From an uncultured Chloroflexia bacterium (GTDB taxonomy: Bacteria; Chloroflexota; Limnocylindria; Limnocylindrales; CSP1-4), in contig CAVXUF010000002.1 of assembly GCA_963764975.1 (NCBI GenBank), forward strand, positions 467,809 to 531,808: a stretch of 64,000 nucleotides of DNA, read 5' to 3'. The stretch's first letter is position 1. Every line of letters starts with the position of its first letter. Made by a program: the position numbers and the translations under genes. Shown piece by piece: positions 57,084 to 64,000 of the stretch. Under the pieces are notes generated by a model that worked only from the letters and a program-made list of their open reading frames with translations, was not told the origin of the DNA and did not search any database.

Positions 57084-57377
57084 TCACTTCTGCTTGATCT
57101 CGCGCTTGATCGGAACGCAATACTGGTCGACGCGAACGGTGTTGCGACGGAAGCCCACAACCTGGAAGCTGATGCGATTCTCGCGAAGTAGCCCTGATTC
57201 ACTCGTATCGCAATCGGCAACCCAGCCATCACGCCTGCGATCGATTAGTTCCTTCTCCACCTCAAGGTGGATGTCACTTGCGGCCAGAAACAGCGCCGTG
57301 GCCGCATCCCGACCCCCGTAGTCGGTCTGCAATCGCTTGAGGATGGTGCCGTATTCCCAGAAGTTCTCCCGTTCCAT
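57084..57377 (-). CDS. small hypothetical protein in a lower-GC patch
   Basis: 97 aa (MERENFWEYGTILKRLQ...). Local GC is noticeably below its surroundings. It sits immediately downstream of 57409..58485. Confidence 0.4.
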   Translation of the reverse strand: MERENFWEYGTILKRLQTDYGGRDAATALFLAASDIHLEVEKELIDRRRDGWVADCDTSESGLLRENRISFQVVGFRRNTVRVDQYCVPIKREIKQK

Positions 57378-57408
57378 CGGCGAACACTCCTACGCCATGT
57401 CTCACAAC

Positions 57409-58485
57409 CTACTTCTTCTTGAAGTCAACCATGCTCGCAAGCGAGCGCCCATACTTTTCGAGCCGCTCGAACCGAGATGCCCCAAGGCGACCGATCAGCA
57501 ACTGGCGCTCTTGATCCGCAATCTGATATCCGCGTCGAACAAGGACGAGCTTGGTCATCAGTGAATCCAGAAGCCGGTCCTCGAGCTTGGCTTCGAGCAT
57601 GGGCGATCCGAGGACTCTCTGGACCTTCGCTGGGCTCATCACGTCGCAGAAGCCGAGCAGCTGTCCCAAGCCGCCCATGCAGTAGGCCGCCAGGTCACCG
57701 GTGATGAGCTCGCCATCGCGGTAACGCGCCCACCGCGAGAGTCTGAAGTACTCGGCGACCATCTCGATGTCGGCGTAGGCAGAAAGCAGCTCGCGGTCTT
57801 CGGCCGTGAGCATCTCCCACGACGATGCGTTGGAGTAAAGGTTGCTGAACAGTCTCTTTGCGATTGCCTCGGCCTCGTCGGTGACCTCGGCGCGCGCGGC
57901 GGTCCGGAGTGTCTCGAACTCGGCCTCGAGGCCAGGCGGATAGGAGGCCGACGGCTTAGCGATCGGCGGTTGAGCGCCCGCAGTCGCGGGTGGCTGGCGC
58001 ATTCCGGCCACGCTTTCCGCGGCTCCAGCAGCCACGCCGCACCGCACGCAGAACCGAGCTCTGGCCGGGAGTGGTGCCCCGCACTGTGAACAGAAGGCTG
58101 CGTCGCCCGATGGACCGCCGGCCGAGGCCGGAGCAGGGGGCGCAGAGGCATCGGCTATCGCGCCGGGACCCGCCGCAGAAACGGGGATGCCCAACGCCTG
58201 ACCCCACGAACGTACCGCCCAGACTGCGGCCTCATTCGTAAGGGCGTAATGCTCCTCGAGGCGACTCGCGAGCGCCGCAACGAAGACGCCGCCGGCATTG
58301 GCCGAGCGCGCCGCGAGGTCGGTCGGGATGCCGGCCCGGGCCGCTGTCACTAGGACGGAGATTTCGCGGCGATGCTCGCTGGCTAGGTCCCGCAGCAGAC
58401 CCTCCAGGCGGGGCGGGTCGTCACCGATCTCACGTCCGTAGCGGGAGACGATGGTGCCGAGGACACCTACGATGGCGGCGTTCAT
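57409..58485 (-). CDS. conserved N-terminal helical module + zinc-ribbon (CSQCG...CVRCG) + uncharacterised C-terminal domain
   Basis: N-terminal MNAAIVGVLGTIVSRYGREIGDDPPRLEGLLRDL... is paralogous. It has two CxxC pairs. Confidence 0.5.
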   Translation of the reverse strand: MNAAIVGVLGTIVSRYGREIGDDPPRLEGLLRDLASEHRREISVLVTAARAGIPTDLAARSANAGGVFVAALASRLEEHYALTNEAAVWAVRSWGQALGIPVSAAGPGAIADASAPPAPASAGGPSGDAAFCSQCGAPLPARARFCVRCGVAAGAAESVAGMRQPPATAGAQPPIAKPSASYPPGLEAEFETLRTAARAEVTDEAEAIAKRLFSNLYSNASSWEMLTAEDRELLSAYADIEMVAEYFRLSRWARYRDGELITGDLAAYCMGGLGQLLGFCDVMSPAKVQRVLGSPMLEAKLEDRLLDSLMTKLVLVRRGYQIADQERQLLIGRLGASRFERLEKYGRSLASMVDFKKK

Positions 58486-58827
58486 CGTTTCAGCCTAGCC
58501 CCCTGAGCAGCCGGATCTGCGGGTGCCGATGATTTCGAGATGCCCCGCGCAACTGATGCCCCGCCGCAACTCTGGGCCCGAGCGGCCCGCACGCAGATGG
58601 CCCGCCCAGGTCCGACTGAGGATGTCATCAGGCCGGAGATCGATCACGCGTACCATGCTAGTCCCGGCTCCTCCTGGGAGGGCTCGCCTAGCGTTTCCGG
58701 GCGATTCTCTCGGACGCTGGAGGCCGGTGCAACAGTCGCGCCGGTAGGGCAGCTCCAGCTCAGCGACCTGAAGAGGAGGATCCAGAGACGGTCCTCGACT
58801 GCGATCCAGGGGGCGGAGTGCGCGTAG

Positions 58828-58913
58828 CCGTCGTACACATCGAGGCGCTGAGCGACTTCACGGTGGTTTCGATGGCACCGCGCTCACGCCGTGCGGCAAT
58901 CAGGACATCGGTC
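58828..58913. repeat. direct repeat copy B, homologous to 39463..39594
   Basis: See copy A. The inter-block spacer is 16 bp here versus 61 bp in A. Confidence 0.7.
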
Positions 58914-59267
58914 CATGGTCGCCTGAAAGGTCGCCATGTCGGGCCGGCGAGCCGACCAGAGCGCCTGGACGAAGGGACCGAATGGCGGCAAGTTCCGGCC
59001 GGCCAGGCGGAGTTGATCGAAGGCTTTGGACGAGGATGGGGTCCCTGCGATCAAGGCGAGATCGAGCGGCGTGAGCCGGTAGCTCGAATGCGCCATGTTC
59101 TCGCGCTTGAGGTCGTTCGTGAATCGGCTCCGAACCGAGTTCGGCTTGATCCCCAGGCGAGGCGCCCACTTGCGTTCCGCGTGATGGGGCAGGTACCCGT
59201 CGTGGGCCGCGTAGTCCCGGTCTAGCTCGTCCCTGACGGCCTGCCAGGTCATTCGAAACGGTGTCAT
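58884..59267 (-). CDS. hypothetical protein
   Basis: 128 aa from ATG 59267 (MTPFRMTWQAVRDELDRDYAAHDGY...). Its C-terminal end overlaps repeat B. Confidence 0.3.
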   Translation of the reverse strand: MTPFRMTWQAVRDELDRDYAAHDGYLPHHAERKWAPRLGIKPNSVRSRFTNDLKRENMAHSSYRLTPLDLALIAGTPSSSKAFDQLRLAGRNLPPFGPFVQALWSARRPDMATFQATMDRCPDCRTA

Positions 59268-59289
59268 CGGATCTGTCTCCAAGGCTTCG

Positions 59290-62200
59290 GTGTCCCGAGC
59301 CAAGCAGCTCCGGATCCCCTCCAACGTCCATCCCTTTCCCAGAGGACGCAAGGGGGTCTGCTCAAATCCCCAAGCCCAAGACGACTTCCGGGGCCGGCCA
59401 GGACGAGGGGTGCTCATACTTGCCCCTGTGTTTTCCCTTCTCCCGGATGCCGACGACCTGAACCTCTGGGCCCAGTCCCTCGCCGCGGAGTCCGAGCTGG
59501 GACGTCTCGTCCAGAAGCTCATCCTTCAGACGGCGAGCCCGACCGGGCTACGTGTCCCGGTGGGCAAGGCCGGTAACACGCCGGGTTGGGACGGCGTTGT
59601 CAACGTGGCCGAGGGCAACTTCCGCGTGCCGACGGGCCAGTCGTTCTGGGAGTGGGGCGCAGGACCCGCTGCCGACAAGGCCCAGCGCGACTACAAGAAG
59701 CGGTTCGACGGGACAGACGAAGCTGTCCGCCAGGCATCGACGTTCGTGTTCGTGACGCCGCGCCACTGGGACTACGCCGTCTGGCTGGAGGAGAAGCGCG
59801 CCTCCGGCGACTGGGCGGGAGTCGAGGTCTGGAATGCGAGCGACCTCGAGAGTTGGCTCGAGAAAGCCCCGGTCGCCCGCCTGTGGCTCGCCGAAGTCAT
59901 GAACAAGGCCGGCCTGGGCGAGGCTCAAACCCTGGAAGCGTGGTGGGACGATTGGTGCGGCACCTACTGGCGTTTCACTGGAACGACGCATCTCGCCCTC
60001 GGAGGTCGAGAAGAGCAGGCCGCGATTGTCAGGGGTTGGGTCGAGATTCCCGCCGACTACCACGCGATCCAGGCGAACGCGACCGACGAGGGCATCGCGT
60101 TCGTCTCGGCCGCCCTCCTCAGCAGCGACGCGCACGAGTCGGCGGTCCAGCGCGCCGTGGTCGTGCACGGGCCCGGCGCCTGGAATGAGCTAGCGGCGAT
60201 CGAGGATCCGCCCATGATCCTGATGCCGACATTTCTGGGTCCGGCGCATACGAAAGCCCTTCGTCGCGGCCACACGGTCATCGAACCGGTCGTTCCGGAC
60301 CAACCCGGCCCAGTTCACCTCGAGCTTCCGGGGGCGGTCGATGCCGACCTCATGGTCGCCCTCGACGAGATGGGCGTCGAGTTCTCCCGCGCTGAGGCCG
60401 CCGTTCGAGCCGCCGGCGGTCGTCTCGGGGCGGTGAGAAGGCGGATTTCGGACGCGCCGTCTGTCGCGGACTGGGCTAATGCTGAACAGGCGCGCTTCCT
60501 CGTCCCAGCGCTTTTTGCCGGACGTTGGGACGAAGACGCGCCGGAGGACCAACTCGTGCTAGCGCGGCTCGCGGACATACCGTATGCCGAGCTGCGGGCC
60601 GGCTTGCTGCGGCTGACGCGCATGGGCGAAGCCCCGGTTCGGCTCACGAACACGAAGTGGTCGGTGCGGGCACCGCTGGACGCCTGGAGTCAGATCGTCC
60701 ACCTGGTCCATCACGATCAATGGACGGCGTTCATCGACGTGGCCGGGGACGTGCTCGGCGCGCGAGATCCAGCGCTAGATCTGCCCCCCGATGAACGCTG
60801 GCTCGCGCTCGTGAAGGGCAAGCGGCGACCTCATTCGGACGAGCTTCGCCGCGCCGTCGCCCAGAACCTCGCGATCATCGGCTCGCAGCCCGAGTTCGGG
60901 GCACTGCCGCGCGGGCGAAGCGGAGCGGAGGTGGCATCGGTCGTGGTCGGTCGACTTCTCCGCGACGCGAACGGGGACCCATCAGGCGAAAAGTGGTCGA
61001 CTCTCGAGGATGAACTCCCGTGGCTCGCTGAGGCTGCCCCGACCACCTTCCTCGACGGTGTTTCGAGCGGGCTCGAGGGTCAGACGCCTGTCCTTGGTGA
61101 GCTGTTCGTCGAGGAACGCTCGATGATCACCTCGAGGACCCACCTGCCCGGCCTCCTGTGGGCACTCGAGCGGCTTGCTTGGGCGCCCGACTACCTGTCG
61201 GACGTTGCCGTCATCCTGACGCGGCTGGCGTCACTCGACCCTGGGATCAAATCGGGCAACAACCCCTCGAGCTCCCTTGCTGAGATCTTCAAGCCGTGGC
61301 ATCCGCAAACGAGCGCCGACACTGACCGGAAACTCGCGGCCCTCGACGCGGCTCGACAAGCAGACTTGGCGACTGCCTGGCGGGTGATGCGCACCCTGCT
61401 ACCGACAAACCGCGGGATCGCGATGCCCACCTCGCGGCCCGACTGGAGGACCTGGGCTCCCCCTAGCGACATCACCGTGACGCGGGGCGAGTACTGGGCG
61501 ATGGTAGGGGCGATCTTGAGCCGATTGCTCGCCGATGCCGATGCCGATCCCTCGCGCTGGGACAGCCTCATCGAGGCGTTCGATGACCTGAGCGAGGAAC
61601 TCGGGGATCAGATCCTCACCGGCCTTCAGGGCCTCGACCTCGAACGCTTGACGCCAGAGGGCAGCCGCACTCTCAGCACGCGCATCCGCGAGGTCGTGGC
61701 TCATCACAGGACCTATGCCACGGCCGACTGGGCTCTGGGGGCCGAACGAGTTACGAAGCTGGAAGCAGCCGGGGCCCGGTTCATGCCGACCGATCCTGTG
61801 GTCGAACACGCCTGGTTGTTCGAGTGGCACCCGAGTATGGAGCGGGTCAGCGGTCAGAACTACAAGGACTACGAGACCCTCCTGGCCGAGCAACGGGTCG
61901 AGGCCGTGAAGGCGGTATTCGACCGGAAGGGATGGGAAGGCATCGAGGAGCTCGTGGCCGTTGCGACGAACCCATACACGGTCGGCTTAGCGATCGCGAA
62001 CATCGAGGACGAGACGGTGGAGCCCGCAGTGCTGGAGTGGGGCTCGGCGGAACCGCCACGCCTCGAAGCCCTTCAGGGCTACTTCTTCGCGCGAAGTCGC
62101 GCCCTCGGTTCAATGTGGGCGGAGGACCAGGTGCGATCTCATGGTGAGTCGTGGGGCCCAGAACGCGTGGGACGAATCTTGCTGGCGGCATCGGAACAAG

Positions 62201-63177
62201 CGAAAGCATGGACGCTCGCCGCTGAGCTCGGCCCCGAGGTGGAGGCGAGCCTCTGGGACAACTTCCGTGGATTCGCTCGAGGAGATGACGTGTGGATGGC
62301 CGCGAGGAAGCTCATCGAACGCGACCGGCCGTTCACCGCGGTCCGTGTGATCGGAACACCCGCGAGCCTCAAAGCCGAGTCCTTCGACCCTGACTTGGCC
62401 TACCTCGTCCTCGACGCGGCGGCGCAAGCAAAGTCGCCGCCGCTGCCTGAGGAGGCATCCCTCCTCGACTACAACATCGCACAGATCTTGGCAGCTCTAG
62501 ACGCGGCCGGCTTCGACGAAGCCAAGCTCGCAAGCCTCGAATGGGTGTTCGTTCGGATCCTCGAGCGTCAACCTGAGGGGCTCAAGCACCTCTACCGGCG
62601 GTTGGCCCGCGATCCAGCGTTCTTCAGCGAGTTGATCATGCTGATCTTCCGAGCGCAAACCGACGAAGCGCCGGCTGATCCCGACCCCGAGCTCGTCCGC
62701 TACGCCGAGCACGCGCTCAACCTCTTGTGGCACTGGAAAGGCCCCATCCCGGGCGCGACGACAGACAACGATGTCGATGCCGCGAGCCTGGCTGAGTGGG
62801 TCACGGCCGTTCGGACAAAGCTCGCGGCCGAAGGCCGAAAGGAGATTGGCGACCAGCGGATCGGCCACATCCTCTGGTATGCCCCCGTGGGTTCGGATGG
62901 CGTTCATCCCCATGAGGCCGTTCGCGAGGTGATCGAGCGTGAGGCGAGCAGCGATATCGATACCGGTTTTCAGATCGAGGCCGTGAACAGTCGCGGCGCT
63001 GTCTTCCGGGGCAAGGGCGGCGACCAGGAGCGCGAAATCGCGGCACAGTTTCGGATGCGGTCCGAAGCCCTTGCGGCATCATCGCCTCGAACGTCGCGGA
63101 TATTCGCGAACCTCGCCGAGAGATACGAGGCAGAAGCCCGCCGCGAGGACGAGCGCGACGAGGACCAAGACGACTGA
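59290..63177 (+). CDS. very large hypothetical helical protein (about 1295 aa)
   Basis: Long ORF with coding-like composition. No P-loop or known catalytic motif found by eye. Acidic C-terminal tail (EDERDEDQDD). The start is uncertain. Confidence 0.45.
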   Translation: MSRAKQLRIPSNVHPFPRGRKGVCSNPQAQDDFRGRPGRGVLILAPVFSLLPDADDLNLWAQSLAAESELGRLVQKLILQTASPTGLRVPVGKAGNTPGWDGVVNVAEGNFRVPTGQSFWEWGAGPAADKAQRDYKKRFDGTDEAVRQASTFVFVTPRHWDYAVWLEEKRASGDWAGVEVWNASDLESWLEKAPVARLWLAEVMNKAGLGEAQTLEAWWDDWCGTYWRFTGTTHLALGGREEQAAIVRGWVEIPADYHAIQANATDEGIAFVSAALLSSDAHESAVQRAVVVHGPGAWNELAAIEDPPMILMPTFLGPAHTKALRRGHTVIEPVVPDQPGPVHLELPGAVDADLMVALDEMGVEFSRAEAAVRAAGGRLGAVRRRISDAPSVADWANAEQARFLVPALFAGRWDEDAPEDQLVLARLADIPYAELRAGLLRLTRMGEAPVRLTNTKWSVRAPLDAWSQIVHLVHHDQWTAFIDVAGDVLGARDPALDLPPDERWLALVKGKRRPHSDELRRAVAQNLAIIGSQPEFGALPRGRSGAEVASVVVGRLLRDANGDPSGEKWSTLEDELPWLAEAAPTTFLDGVSSGLEGQTPVLGELFVEERSMITSRTHLPGLLWALERLAWAPDYLSDVAVILTRLASLDPGIKSGNNPSSSLAEIFKPWHPQTSADTDRKLAALDAARQADLATAWRVMRTLLPTNRGIAMPTSRPDWRTWAPPSDITVTRGEYWAMVGAILSRLLADADADPSRWDSLIEAFDDLSEELGDQILTGLQGLDLERLTPEGSRTLSTRIREVVAHHRTYATADWALGAERVTKLEAAGARFMPTDPVVEHAWLFEWHPSMERVSGQNYKDYETLLAEQRVEAVKAVFDRKGWEGIEELVAVATNPYTVGLAIANIEDETVEPAVLEWGSAEPPRLEALQGYFFARSRALGSMWAEDQVRSHGESWGPERVGRILLAASEQAKAWTLAAELGPEVEASLWDNFRGFARGDDVWMAARKLIERDRPFTAVRVIGTPASLKAESFDPDLAYLVLDAAAQAKSPPLPEEASLLDYNIAQILAALDAAGFDEAKLASLEWVFVRILERQPEGLKHLYRRLARDPAFFSELIMLIFRAQTDEAPADPDPELVRYAEHALNLLWHWKGPIPGATTDNDVDAASLAEWVTAVRTKLAAEGRKEIGDQRIGHILWYAPVGSDGVHPHEAVREVIEREASSDIDTGFQIEAVNSRGAVFRGKGGDQEREIAAQFRMRSEALAASSPRTSRIFANLAERYEAEARREDERDEDQDD

Positions 63178-63207
63178 TTGGCAGCTCCCGGCTCAGTGTT
63201 CTCGATT

Positions 63208-63534
63208 TCACTCGGGCAGCGTCGTCACCGCACCCGCGAACTCGCCGAGCCAGAAGCCGTACGGTCGAGACATCTCCTCGAATTTCGTCACTTCGGCCCG
63301 GAGCTCCTCGTACGTCAGGCCATCGACACGGTAGACCTCCTCGTCCGAAGGGCGTACGAGAAAGAGGAACCGATGGCTGGCATCAGCGCAAACGATGTCG
63401 AGCATCCGTACCTCGCCGATGCCGCTGCGGCCGATCCAAGTCTGGTTGATCCACTCGCCTGGCCCCAGCGACTCACCGAACCACGCAATCGCAACGCCGG
63501 CTTGAACGTCATCCTGAGGCGTATCTGCGATCAC
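63208..63534 (-). CDS. hypothetical small protein
   Basis: 108-aa ORF with no recognised motif. Confidence 0.3.
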   Translation of the reverse strand: MIADTPQDDVQAGVAIAWFGESLGPGEWINQTWIGRSGIGEVRMLDIVCADASHRFLFLVRPSDEEVYRVDGLTYEELRAEVTKFEEMSRPYGFWLGEFAGAVTTLPE

Positions 63535-63762
63535 GGCGCACCCGACTTCAGATTGCTACCAATTCGAACGGTCTTTGGGTCCGCCCGACCACGGTGCTGG
63601 AACCCGACATGCCAATGGTGATCGTGCAAGGGACGACGCGATATCGCCCATAGGTCCCCGGAGGGCTGCGGGAGACGCGTCGCGAGCGGGCGGCGGTTGC
63701 CACGACGCTGACCATCCCGCCAACTTCGCTGGGGCGGGTCTCACTTACGCGTTGATCCGGAA

Positions 63763-64000
63763 GTAGGTCCGGCTTCCGATGTCCCTGCCCTCGACCTGGT
63801 ACCGGCCCGACCCCCAAGGCTCGGGGCGGTTCATGATCGTGTACCAGACGAGCTGCCCAAAGAACATGGCGGAGCGGTTGAAGTCGCTGCGGGCTGCCTT
63901 GGTGTAGATCGGCTCGAACGGCGTCCCGGTCCAGTCGCTCCCCGGAAGCCACCCTGCCGTTGCGATCTCGGCGCCGGACTCGTCGATGAGGTCGTTGATC
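63763..64000 (-). CDS. partial CDS (C-terminal end only; gene continues beyond the window)
   Basis: The minus-strand frame is open from the window edge to TAA at 63760-63762. It encodes ...FNRSAMFFGQLVWYTIMNRPEPWGSGRYQVEGRDIGSRTYFRINA. Confidence 0.4.

Noticed and set aside
58818-59225. 135-aa plus-strand ORF starting in repeat B
   Set aside because: It is mostly antisense to the more protein-like 58884..59267 gene. Only its first about 15 codons (the repeat) look coding.
22393-64000. Tyrosine/serine integrase or phage structural genes that would make the accessory region a prophage or ICE
   Set aside because: No recombinase, capsid, terminase or conjugation motifs were recognised in any frame. 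Only Xis-like HTH genes and the Tn7-like transposase are present.

Overview
High-GC (about 68-72%) actinobacterial-type sequence. Positions 1-22.3 kb are mostly conserved chromosomal genes. These include a HIRAN protein, two rRNA/tRNA methyltransferases, an amidohydrolase, an MFS transporter, a DUF951/DUF881/DUF881/peptidase-MA operon, an ABC substrate-binding protein, cysS, a glycosyltransferase, NUDIX, ACC-deaminase-like and DHFR-like genes. A truncated tRNA-Val 5-prime half lies at about 0.9 kb. From about 22.3 kb to the window end the content is accessory (mobile and conflict/defense genes). (1) A Tn7-like transposition module spans 27.6-33.7 kb: a fused TnsA-TnsB transposase, a TnsC/TniB-position protein with a destroyed Walker A, a TniQ/TnsD protein and an upstream coupled ORF. 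Candidate cargo on the TniQ side is an EVE-domain/nuclease fusion, an HNH endonuclease with a 28-bp tandem duplication, and two unknown proteins. (2) A soluble FtsH-like AAA+ protease with a 273-aa partner, two excisionase-like HTH proteins and a NERD-UvrD helicase lie at 33.8-39.1 kb. (3) A STAND (NACHT-type) NTPase, a Ser/Thr kinase with FHA-like tail, PP2C and a vWA protein lie at 39.7-46.6 kb. This resembles vWA/PP2C/kinase 'ternary' NTP-dependent conflict systems. Next to it are four paralogous proteins sharing a roughly 100-aa N-terminal helical module with different C-terminal domains. One of these carries a perfect 906-bp tandem duplication. (4) A type VII-secretion-like remnant lies at 49.4-53.6 kb: a frameshifted, N-truncated EccCb-like FtsK ATPase and at least three paralogous WXG100-like proteins in which W-x-D replaces W-x-G. 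(5) Imperfect direct repeats (about 50 + 21 bp) at 39.46 kb and 58.83 kb bracket a 19.4-kb module. No integrase, CRISPR array or rRNA was seen. Transposon ends could not be located by eye.
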